NCBI GenBank assembly: GCA_965240325.2 | Contig: OZ251251.1 | Location: 62,001-126,000 of the forward strand | DNA from: Rebecca billardiae RCC1528 | Taxonomy: Eukaryota > Protista > Haptophyta | Direction: 5' to 3' | DNA: 64,000 nucleotides | In this document: positions 10,697-22,000 of the stretch, one piece after another | Layout of the letters: the number at the start of each line of letters is the position of its first letter | Numbering within the stretch: position 1 is the stretch's first letter | Made by a program: the position numbers and the translations under genes | Notes under the pieces: generated by a model | The model's database searches: none | What the model saw: only the letters and a program-made list of their open reading frames with translations | Told to the model about the DNA's origin: nothing

Positions 10697-12121
10697 TCAG
10701 CGCAGCCCACAGCGCAGGGGCGGCAGCTGCGCCACGCGCTGAAGCGTTGGCTGCACTCCGAAATCGTCGCCCACGCCCAGGCCAAGCGCGCCCGAATGTG
10801 CGCCGCACGCGTGGACGCTACCGGCCACTGTGACGTAGAAGGCGTGCACTGGGCCAAACAAGCAGTCGACCACGCGCGCATGCGCGAGGCCCTCCACCCG
10901 CTCAGGCAGCGTGCGATCTATTCGGTCCCCCAGCCCCAGCTCGCCAAAGTTGTTGCTCCCAAACGCGTGCACGCTGCCGTCCGCACACACCACAGCGCTG
11001 GTGCAAAAGCCCGCACTGGCGCGCACGGCACGCATGCCACCCAGTGCTTCGATGCGCGTAGGCACCCCGCGATTGGCCATGTCACCGTGGCCGAGCGCGC
11101 CGCCGGAACCAACCCCGAAGGAGTGCACGCCGCCCGCTGCGTCCACCACCAGGCTGTGCAAAAAGCCCGCGCTCACGTGCACGGCGCGCATACCAGCTAG
11201 CGCCTCGATGCGAGTCGGCGTGCGCTGCCGCTGCGCGTTACCGTGGCCAAGACGACCGTGCAAGCCTTCGCCGCACGAGTACACGGCGCCGCACGCCGAG
11301 AGCAGCAGCGTGTGGAGGCTGCCCGCGGCCACGCCGCCCACGCGCACGCCGTCCAGCGCCTCGATGCGCGTCGGCTCCAGCCGGTGCGCCGTGTCGCCGT
11401 GGCCGAGCTGGCCTTCGCTGTTGCCGCCCCAACTGTACGCAGCGCCAGCGGTCGTGAGCGCGAGGCTGTGGTAAGCCCCAGCGCGTATGCTGACGACGAG
11501 GTCCACGCCCAGCGCCGCCACCTGCACGAACGCCCGTCGCTCAGCCTTGTCGCCCACGCCCAGCTGGCCGTAGCCGTTGCGGCCACACGCGTACACGGCG
11601 CCCGCCTCGCTCAGCGCGAGCAGGTGGTACCCACCCGCCGCAACGGCCCGCACGCGCACCGCCGCCAGCGAGCCCACGTACGTCGGCACGAGCACGGCCG
11701 TCTCCACGCGGAGCTCGGGATGGCCCAGCGGTGCGCCGCACGTGTGCACGCCGCCCTCCGCGTCAACAAATGCGGAAAGTCTCATCTCGGCGTTTGGGCT
11801 GGCGGACGCGACGTGCGCGTGCGCGTGCGCGAGCTCGAGCAGGCGCTCGCGCGCGAACAGCTCTTCCGCCCACGTGGACACGCCCGCGGGCAGAGCCGCC
11901 GGCAGCGCGGCCTCGTGCCCGCGCGCGCGCGCTCGCTCGCGCAGCGCGTGCTCGAGCGGCGCGCCGCGGAAGAGGCGCGCGGCGGCGTTGGCGGCGGCGA
12001 GGTCGCGCACGTCATCGATGTGGACGAAGATGCGCGCGACAAGCTCGGGCGGCACGTCGGTCAGCTGCACGGTCGCCGCTGCCGAGCGCGCCTTGGACCG
12101 CGAGCGCGTCGTCGGTGCCAT
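10697..12121 (-). CDS. F-box-like + 7x RCC1-repeat protein, copy 4 (474 aa)
   Basis: Same architecture; the ATG lies 95 bp from the left end of the MULE. Confidence 0.9.
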   Translation of the reverse strand: MAPTTRSRSKARSAAATVQLTDVPPELVARIFVHIDDVRDLAAANAAARLFRGAPLEHALRERARARGHEAALPAALPAGVSTWAEELFARERLLELAHAHAHVASASPNAEMRLSAFVDAEGGVHTCGAPLGHPELRVETAVLVPTYVGSLAAVRVRAVAAGGYHLLALSEAGAVYACGRNGYGQLGVGDKAERRAFVQVAALGVDLVVSIRAGAYHSLALTTAGAAYSWGGNSEGQLGHGDTAHRLEPTRIEALDGVRVGGVAAGSLHTLLLSACGAVYSCGEGLHGRLGHGNAQRQRTPTRIEALAGMRAVHVSAGFLHSLVVDAAGGVHSFGVGSGGALGHGDMANRGVPTRIEALGGMRAVRASAGFCTSAVVCADGSVHAFGSNNFGELGLGDRIDRTLPERVEGLAHARVVDCLFGPVHAFYVTVAGSVHACGAHSGALGLGVGDDFGVQPTLQRVAQLPPLRCGLR

Positions 12122-12216
12122 GCTGTTGCCCACGCCGGCCGACTCGCTCGACGACAACGACGGTTGGCGGCTGGTTGCCCGACGCAGGCAGGACGACAGT
12201 ACAGTCATACAGTTTA

Positions 12217-12692
12217 GGGAATCCTCCGGAAGTCCGACGAGGACCGACCGAGCAACCAGAACTCCGACAAACCTCCGCATCTCAGCACGGCGATTTCCGG
12301 ACTGGCACCCCCGCCAGTTTTCCGACGGCCAGAAGCTTCGGGAGCGAGCAAATGGCGCCGCTCGCCCGCAACGCGGAAGATACCGCTCGCGGCGAACCGG
12401 CGCGAACGCCCGCCTTGTATTCGGGCGGAGTACCCTAATGAGCGGGGGTGGGCACTTTCGTATTGCGCGCAGCCTGACGCCCACCCGCGACGAAACGACG
12501 CCGTCGACTCCTCCCGCCCGGACCGCCGCCGGAACGTTGCTCGTCAATTAGTTAGAGAAATGCGACGCCGGGGGGCGCGCCGCAAAACTTGCTCCCGAGC
12601 TCGCCACGAGGGAGGGCTGGGCGTGAGCACGACGTTAAGGGGGTACGCCTTCCACGCGCGCGGGCGTCGTGCGCGCGCGCGGCGCATCGCGC
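12217..12692 (+). repeat. Left terminal inverted repeat of the MULE (about 470 bp)
   Basis: Reverse complement of about 29468-29957; near-identical for about 395 bp, then patchy. Confidence 0.92.
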
Positions 12693-13023
12693 ACACGCAC
12701 CGACCGTTCTTGTTCCCTGCGGCCTCCCCTCGCAGGAGTTCCCCCTTCTCGCATCCGAGTCGGTCTGAGGCGTCGACGGTCGCCGGCCGCGACGAGCAGG
12801 CAAGTCGCACTCGTGATTCGTGAATGGTGCGAGGTCGCGGTGGGCCGGGGCGGGTGTGTGTGGTCGGCAGCGATGTTGGTGGCGTGCGCCGCCGCGCGCG
12901 CGCACACCGCACCACTCCCATGCGCCCCCGTCCCCTGTCTGACGATGTGCCCCGTGTGTGTGCTCGCGCGCGCCTGCGTTTGCCTCTCCGCCGCACGTGC
13001 TGGCACGTACCGCGCAGGCGGGC

Positions 13024-16000
13024 ATGCGGCATGTGTCCGCCGGCCCCAGCAGTCAGGACGACCTGCTGCTCGTGGACGCGGTGATCGCAGCGGCTGACGA
13101 CGCGTTGTGCACGCTGCAGTTCTCCTCGGCAGCAGCCCCGTGGACGTTCACCTTTGGTCTGGTGCTGTGCACCCTCGGCGTGGTCCACAGCACCGACGTG
13201 GGCCTTGGCGCCGCCGCCGCGCAGGTCACAGTGCCGCGCGTATGGGGTGGCAGCGGCGCCGACGCGCTGCTCACTGTGGTGGAGTGTGCGGAGTTGTTGG
13301 CTTCGCACCCGGACGCGCTGCGTGAGCGCGCGGACTCGGTGGCGCGCGTGTGCGCGGCGGCCCTTTGGTTCAGGGCCGTCGCGCAGATCGCCGTGCGCGC
13401 TGCCTGTGGTGCTTCCGCCGACGGGGCTCTGGCGGAGGAGGGCAGTTTCGCGGAGACGGCGCGACTGACGGCGTCCGCAGCGGCGCTCGGAGGGAAACCG
13501 GCGCCGCCGCCCGCAGGCACGTCCCACGCGCGCCGCTCGGGTGGCGCGGAGTCGCTGTCGCCGTCGTCCTCGGCGCCGACCCCAGGGCAGCACGCACGCG
13601 CCGCTGAGCACGCGCAGGGCGCATGCGCGTGGGCAGTGCGTGCGGCCTGGGCCGCCGCTCCGTTCCGGACGAAGCTGGCTCTGGCGGCGTTGTGCGCCCC
13701 CCGTCCGGATGCCCGCCCAGGTGCTGGGACTGGCGGAGGCGTCGACGACGTGCTCCCGGCGACGACGGCGGCGGCGGCGGCGCCGTCGGGCGCTTGGACG
13801 GGCGCGCCCCCCCCGTGCCCGCCGCTGTCATGCCCGTCCGAGGCGGTGATGTACTACGCGCGCGCCGTCTTCGGCGCGGACGCTGGCCAGTCCGAGCCTC
13901 TGTTCGTCGCCTTCGAGCGCGTGGCGTCGTGGCCAGCAGGCCGCAGCAGCCTCTGCGCGGACGCGCTGCGTGCGCGAGCGGCGGAGCTGCGCACGCAGGC
14001 GTACGCTGCCGTACGCGCGCTCTGCGCGCCCGTGCCGGCGCAGCCGCGCGCGTTCGTTCCCGCGTCGGCTGAGCAGGCACGCTGGCGCGACCAGCAGCTG
14101 CGTGCGGAACTCGAGAGCGCCCGCTTGGCGTGGCTCGGCGCCGTCTCGCAGGCCGTCGTGGGGGCCGGCGAAGGGGTGGCGGCAGATGGAGCGCCGCGCG
14201 CTGCCACGTCCGGCGCCGCCGCTGGACGTGACGCCGCCGTGCGCGCAGCCGCCGTCAGGCTGCGTGCTGCCGTGGTCGCCGACGGCCACGCCGGTCTTGC
14301 GGCCTTTGTGGCCGCGTGCGAGGACGGCTCGCTGCGCGAAGGGTGGCTGGCGCGGCCGTTGCTGCGGGCCGCCTCCACCATCGCCGAGCGCACCGTGTGG
14401 GCAGTGGTCATCCCGCTCGCGCCCGCGCTGGTGCACGTCGGCGAGGGCGCGCGTCTGCACCCCTTGCTCGACGCCACCTTCGCGCAGGCCCTCGTGGCCG
14501 GCGCGGCCGTCTCGCAGCCGCCAGTGACGCTGGTGCTGACGCTGTGCGGTGCGCACGCTGTCGTGGGCGCCGCTGCGCCGTGGCGCGACGAGGTGACGAG
14601 CGCGGCGTCGGGCGCGATGCGCCCTGCCTCCGCCGTGGTGGTGCCGCGCGCGCTGCCGCCTGCAGGCGAGCCGCCGCTGGGCGACGCGCTGGCGCCGACG
14701 CCTGCGGCGGCGCCCGCGCCCAGCCTCGACGACATGCTCGCGCATAACACCGCGGTTGGGCGCGCGCTGCAGGCCGCGTTTGGTGCCGCCGCTGCGGCAC
14801 CGCAGCGTTTGGACATGGACATGGGCGTGCTGGTTGGCCCGTTGCGCGAGTACGTGCTGCAGCACGCAGGCCTCGGCGGGGACGGCGATGCGTCCATGCC
14901 CTTGCTGGATGAGGGTGGCGGCCTCCTGCGCACGGTGCACGCGTACCAGTCCGCGGACGCGGGCGGCGAGGCGGCCGCGCAGCGGCGCTGGGGGGTGGGC
15001 GACCACGGCTCCTCTGCGCGCTCGGTGCTGGGGTGCCGCGCCTTTGAGCGCGTGGTGGCGGCGCTGAAGGGCGTCGTGAGCTCGTTGTTCCGCGGCGACG
15101 CCTCTGACGGTGTCCGCGGCCTCGACGCGCTCGACCTCACGGCCTGGCATGTCTTCGGGCGGCCGATGCGTCCGCCCGACGGGGGCCGCGGCACGTGCGA
15201 CGACGGCGACGTCACGACGTACGGGTGGCACGTCGACGGCACGACCGACGAGGACCATCTGTGGACGGCAGTGGTCCTCTTGCACTTGCCGCAAAGTGTG
15301 CCCACCAATCCCTTCCCGCTGCAGACGGTCGGCGCGCGCCCCCCCGGTGCGCGCGCCGACGCCGTGCCGCTGCACGGCGACGTTGCCCTGCAGGAAAGCG
15401 CAGGTGCAGTGCACATCTTCCCCGCCATGTGGCATCACCGCTCGGCCCCCAGTGCGCGCGCCGCGTCCTCGGGGTCCGTGCCGTCGTCCTCGCGCAAGAG
15501 GCCTACGCGTCAGGGTGCGGCGGACGCGCTCGTCCTGAAGGCTGTGTTCTCATTCGGGGGGCGGGGCCTCGCGGACACATTCCGCGCTTCGTTCACGCCG
15601 CCGCCGAGCGCGCCTCGCCCCGCCGCCACGCCGTGCGCGGCGCGCTCCGACCCGCCTCCCACGCCGTATCGGCTCGTGCCCGCCCTCGAGCGCGGGCTCC
15701 AGCACTCGTTTGAGACCAGGCTGCGCTGGGGGGCTGAGCCCACGCGCGCTGGCGCTGACGCCCGCTTCCGGCTCGGCTCGCCTGCGCACCACGAGTACGT
15801 CTCCCGCCTGGTGGTCGACCTGCCGACCGCGGCGCACGGCCAGCAGGCGCCGTCGGACCACGAGCAGCGGGCCTGGGCGCAGTCGGCGCTGCAGCTGGCG
15901 CTGCCCGTGTGCGCTGCCGACGGCGCGCAGCTCGCACATGAGCGCGCAGCGGCGCCTGCCGTGCCCCACGTCGTGGGGCTTGCGGGCGGCCACCCCGCGC

Positions 16001-19000
16001 CTCACGCCGACGGCGGTGGGCGCGCGCCCACCGCCGCGGCCGCGCACGGCACGGGCGCGCACGTGGGCGCCCCCTTTGACGAGGGCGCGCGGCCCCCACG
16101 CGCCGATGGCGTTGACGACCCGGCTGTCGGGCCGCGCGCGCCCACGGCCGTGCGTCGCCCCGACGCAGCGTCCGCCCCGCTGCGGCACACCGGCGCCCGC
16201 CAAAGCTCGAGCTCGGACGCGCCGGGCGCGCACGAGCCCGCGTCGCCGCGGCCTGGCGATGGGCACTCTTCGCCCGCTCGCGTGGCAACGCCAGCGCCGG
16301 GCGCACCCTGCGCTGCGGGCGACGCCGTGCCCTGCGTCGCGGTGACGGTGCCCGGCGCTGCTGTGTGCGCCGCGACGGCGCGCCCGCCACTCCACCCGGC
16401 GGGGCCGCCCCTCGACAGCAGCAGCGCGCGCGCGGTGATCGCGCAGCCGCCCGGCTGCGCCTCGCGCGCGCCGCCGCAGCCGCGCGGCGCCTCCGGTGGC
16501 GACGGCGGCAATGACGACGACGACGCGCGGCTGAGGGCCCTCCCTGCGCTGCCGCACGCAGGTGGCCTCTTGTCCGGCGGGGACCTCGCCCTGGCCCTGC
16601 ACGCCGGCCAGCGTGCCCACCTCGGTGGCCACCTTGCCGACGCGTTGGCGACGGAGAAGTCGGCGCCCGCATGGGCGCGCGGTGGAGTGCCCCTCGTCGA
16701 CGCGTCCGTGGGCCATAGGACGCACACGACGGCGGCCGCCCGCGGCAACGCGCCGCTGTTCGCCCTGAGCGCGGACTGGCCGACGATGCGCGTCGGCGAG
16801 TCCGACGCCCGCGGCGAGCCGCTCGTCACGGACGCCGATCCCGCCAGTGCCGCCATCGACGTGCGCGACTGGGAGGAGGGCATCGCGGACGACGACTGCG
16901 CGGACGCCCGCGCGCGCGCGGCGCAGGCGGCACTGCAGGCGGACGAGTCCGCCGACAGCGACGCCGCTCGCGCGCGCGACCCGCTGGCTGCCCTCATGCC
17001 GTGTCCACCCATCGTCGCTCGCGCGCAGCCGCCCTCCACCGGTCCCGCCGAGCCCCGCGCCGGCCAGGCCGGCGCCCGGCTTGTTGCGCCGGAGTCGCTG
17101 CACCACGGCGGTGACGCCGGGTACTTCCGCTACTCCGCGCCGTCGAGCACCTCGGCGAGCACGTCGGCGGCAGCGCACCGCCTCGAGCTCCGGCCCCTGG
17201 CACTGTGGAGGAAAATGGGCTTGCGGGCGCCGCGCCCGTACTCCCAGGTGAAGGCGGACGCCACCCTGCTCGAGCCCCCGATGGTGCGCCAGGTGTACCC
17301 GCGCCTCGCCGACGCGCTCACGCACGCCTCGGAGTGCGCGCTGCACCGGGGGGCCATGCCGCCGACGCGGCGCGTCGACCGCGCCAAGCTGACGATCGGA
17401 TGCCCCACGCCCGGGTGCCCGTCCGTGGTGGTGGTGGGCCCGTCGAAGTACGTGGACACGTTTGGCGCGCCGCCGTGGGCCGTGCAACGCTCGGTCGCGC
17501 ACGGCTCCATGTGCCGCAACCTGCGCATGGGCAAGGGGTCCGAGGAACACCCCATCGGCTCGCTGCCGCGCCCGACCAACCAGCCGGGCGTGCGCACGAC
17601 GCCGTACTCCCAACACGAGCTCGGGCGGGCGATCGTCGAGGACTGGAAGGCGCGCTTGGCCCGGCGCGGGACCACGCACGCGCAGCTGTGCTACGGCCCG
17701 CAGCAAGCACGAGAGGTCGCGCGCCAGCTGGACGCAGAGCTCCCCATGGGTGAATCGCTCATCGCGCGAGCGCACAAAGAAGCGCGCGCCGAGATCTACG
17801 GGGACGACACGGCCATGTCGCGCGACCTCGTGGCCGTGTGCGCGTCGCTGTCGCAGGAGGGCAACGAGGTCGCGCCCATCATCTTCCACGAGAACTCGGT
17901 CGAGGACGCGCTGCTGGCCATGTTCGGCCGCGTGCACGACGAGGTGCAGCAGGGGCTGCCGGCGGGCGCGCAGCGCGCGGCCTTCAACCCCGACGCGGCG
18001 GAGGTGCAGAAGGCGCTGGCTGACGTGCGCGGCAAGAAGGCAGTGGGTGGCTTCCACTACGTGCCCAAGCAGGCCAAGGCGCTTTACCGCGAGCACTTTC
18101 ACGCGAAGGGCAACACTGCCGCGTTCAGCGACGCGTGCTTCCTGCACCGCCCCGCCAGCGGTGGCGCGAAGCGCGCGGGTGCGCGCGCCCGCCGCACCCG
18201 GGCACGCCCTCGCGACGCCGCGTGCGTCCGTGCCGCCTCAGCGCCCGCCCGTCTGACCTGCCCGCGCGCACGCACGCGCGCGACGCAGGCATGCTCTTCG
18301 TCACGCTGGCCGTGAACGCCAACCGGCAGCTGTTCGTCTTGTGCGTGTCGTACATCGTCGACGTGGAGTGCCTGGACTCGTGGTGCGCGCACGTCGGATA
18401 CCTCATGCAGCACCTCGGCGGGGCGGCTGTGTGGGACGACCCCAACGGCGTCACCATCTCGGACGGCCAGAAGGGCCTGCGCGGCGCGTGGAAGCTGCTG
18501 TGCCCGCGCAGGCACCTCTTCCTGTGCACGTTCCACAAGCGCCAGACCTTCATCACTGGCTACGCACACTCGGCGAACGAGGTGCCCACCATCCTGCGCG
18601 TGTTCGACGCGTGCGTGGACGCGTTGACCGAGGAGGTGTGGGAGGCCGCCTGGGTGGAGATGCCAGAGTCGGCCAAGCGCATCCTCGACGTCATCCCCCG
18701 CGAGGAGCTCTTCCCGTGCTTCGCGCCGGTGTCCCTGCGCGGCTACGTGACGTCCGCGCCGGCGGAGTCCTTCATGCACTGGCTGCTGCCGGTGCGCAAG
18801 GCGCAGGGCCCGGTGTGGATGCTGCTCGACCTGCACGACAACCTCTTTCGCCTCTACGCGACGCACCGCAGCGTCGCCGTGCGCCACGCCCTGAAGCCCG
18901 ACGCCGATGATGAGGTGCACGGGTTGCCGCCACGGCACCTGGAATACGTGCGCCAGCAGGTGAGCACGGCGCGCACGCTCTCTCAGGTGGAAGTGCACCG

Positions 19001-22000
19001 TGTCCTCGACGGGCCGCACGCAGGTGCCCTGCGCATGCTCAACACCACGGACGGCTCGGCGCCGCGCCACGTGTACCTCGACGAGTTCCGGTGCTGCGCG
19101 TTGCTGCGCCGCAAGCGCCTGCCGTGCATGCACTTCTGCCGCGTGGCGACCTCCGTCGGCCGTGCCATGGGCACGTGCTTGCCCCAGGACCTGCGCTGCG
19201 AGACGTGGTTCGCGCAGGTGGGCCTTCGGGTCGAGCGCGACGCCAACGACACCCGGGTGGACACGCTCGGGCGCGTCGTGGCCATCACCAAGCCCGACGT
19301 CATCACACCGCCCCAGCGCCTGGAGGACGCCATTGCGGCTCTGCTGCTGCCCGCTCTCGCCAAGCGCGCCCTGCTCGAAAAGTACGTGGCCATGCCAGCG
19401 GTGCCCGCGCGCGTGGGCAGGCCCGCGTCCTCGGCGCGACGGCTGGCGTTCTGGGAGGGCCGCGCCGGGGCGCGCCACCCGCGCGCACCGCGCGCGCGCG
19501 CGCCGCGCGTGCAGTTGGGCAAATCCGCGGCGTCGTACGTGCGCCCCTTGAGGGAGCAAGCCCCGGACGGCGACTTCGCCCGGCGCGTGCGCGAAGCGCA
19601 CCGCGACGAGCTCGCGCGTGTGCTCGAGGGGCTGCCGGAGCACCTGTACGGCATCGCGCACACGCACGTGCTCGACGACACTAACGTGCTCGTGCGCGTG
19701 GCCGGCCCGCTCCGCGAGGGTGTGGTTGCGAACCAGCGACGTCGCCACTTTGCCACGTACACGGCCGGCACGACCGCCGCCGCGCAACTGCGCTGCTGCG
19801 CGTGTTTCGACCCCGAGGCCGCGGACCTCAGCGCGGCGTGGCCGGCGGACTCGCCGCCGATCGACCCCCGACTGGCGTGCCAGGGCTGCGCCTGCTTCAT
19901 CCACTCGCCCGCGCAGTGCAAGTATGTGTGGCACCTCGGCGCGCTGGACAGCGGGCTGTACATGTGCACGTGCTGCTACTTCCTGCTCGTCGCGGGGGCG
20001 TGGAAGCGCCTGCGCGAAGCGCGCGCAGCCGCGGCGGGCGAGGCGGCGGCGCCCGACGGGCCGCGCGGCGCGAGGCCGGAGGACGTGCCATACCACCGTA
20101 TGCGCGGACAGCACGGCGGTGGGGCCGCGCGCGGCGACCCCGCGCGCACCGCAGGCGCGCGCGGGGGCCGCGCAGGCGGCCGCGGGGGCCGCGGCGCGGC
20201 GGCGCCCGCGCCCGGGCGCGCGCAGCCGGCGGCCGCCCAGACGCGCGACGGCGCCGCCGCGGCGGGCGCGGGCGCGCGCGGCGGCCCGCGCCGGCACTGC
20301 GCGCGCGCGATCGCCTCGCAGGCACTTGGCGGCACCGGCGTACGCATGGGCTTCGCGACGGCACCGATGCCAAACGCCGCCACGCAGCGGCCGGCCGCAC
20401 CGCCTGAGGGCACGACGGGCCCGCGCAGTGGCGCGGACGCCGGCACGACGCCCGCCGCGCGCGCGCGCGCGCACGCCGCGGAGCCGCTGCCGGCCACGGG
20501 CGACACAGTACCGCTGGCGGCGACTGAGCATCCCTTCCGCCCCCCGTGGCCCGGCGCCCACGCGCCACCGCCACCGGGTGCGCGAGTCCCTCGGGCGCGC
20601 GCGGGCGCGGCAGAGCCACCGGCGGAGGCGGCGGAGTCCGAGTCGGCGTACGCGCGCCTCGCTGACGACAGCGCCGCAGTGCTCGCGGCGTTGCAGCGCA
20701 TACCTGGCATCGGTCGGGGCAGGGCAGCCATGTTCATGTGCAGTCGCGGCCTGTCAGCACCGTGGCCCACGCTCAGCGAGACGGCCGGTGACGCATTCGG
20801 CGCGTCCAGCGCGACGACGGGCAAGGTGCTGGCACAGTTTGCGCGCGCCGCCGCCGCCCCCGCCGAGCTGGCGCGCGCGCACGCGTCGCCCGCCGTGCCC
20901 GCCGAGGGCAGTGGCGGCGCGAGGGGCTCGGGCGGCGCCGCTCCGAACGCGGCCTCCCACGTGTGGGCGCACGCAGGCGCACACGACGTCGCGGCGGCGG
21001 CGGCGGGCCTGGCGGACGTCCTGGCTGGCGGCGGCGGCGCGGGCGCAGGCGCCGCAGGCCAGGCGGGCGCCGCGGCTGGCACCTCCCGCGCGGGCGCGGG
21101 GGCCGCGTCTGCGCCGTGCGCGCCCAAGCGCCCTCGGACTGCGGCCGCCGCCGACGACGCGGGCGGTGCGGCCGCGGATGGGCGCCTGCCGCCGGCTTCG
21201 CGCCAGGCGGCGGGCGCCCGCGCGTCCACGGCGGGGCCATCGTCGGCGGCGCGGTCGGTGCCGACGCCGGGCCCAACGCGCGCAGGCGCCGACCTGCTGG
21301 GGACGGCGCGTGGCACGTCTGGTGCCGCGGACGACACAGCCGTCGCCACCGCGGACGACGCGGTCGCCCACTTGGCGCGCACTGGTCTGCCGGTGCGCGA
21401 CGCTGGAGCGCGCGCCGCGGGCGATGACCGCCACGCGCCGGTGCGCCTGTTCCACGCCGCCGACGCCGCCGCCGGCGCAGACGACCACGACGCCGAATTC
21501 GCCCGATTACGGCTCTGCTGCGCCCAGGCAGTGCTCGACGACCTCTGGGGCGCGGGCGCCGCACAGCCGTTGCCCGTGCCAGCCGACGGTGACGACGTGC
21601 TGCACGCGGTGCTCGCGCACGCGCACGCGCGGGCGCGTCCGCCCAGCACGCTTGAGGCCCTGTGGTGGGCGTGCTGCGCGCGGCGCCTGCGCGCGGCGGC
21701 CGCGTCGTGGCTGGCCGCGCACGCGCATGCCACGCCCACCGAGCACTCCGTCGGCTGGGGTGGCGCGCTGGGCCCGGCCGAGTCGGCAGAGGACCTGCGA
21801 GCGCAGGCGCGCTTCATCGGCTTGTGCGGCGCTGACGTGCGCGCACTTCCCCCGGAGAGCGCAGGTGGCGACGAAGCTGGGCAGGCGCGTTTGCGGGCTC
21901 TGCGCATGGTGGCCCCCGACGACTCGTCGTCGTGGCACACCCCCGGCCAGGGCGTGCGCGATCTGGACGACGCAGTGACGCTGGCAGTGCGAGCGGCGGA

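Noticed and set aside
10697-12547. N-terminal extensions of RCC1 ORFs (616, 729, 660, 529 aa versions)
   Set aside because: They run through TIR, spacer or neighbouring-gene sequence; all paralogues align from MAPTTR.
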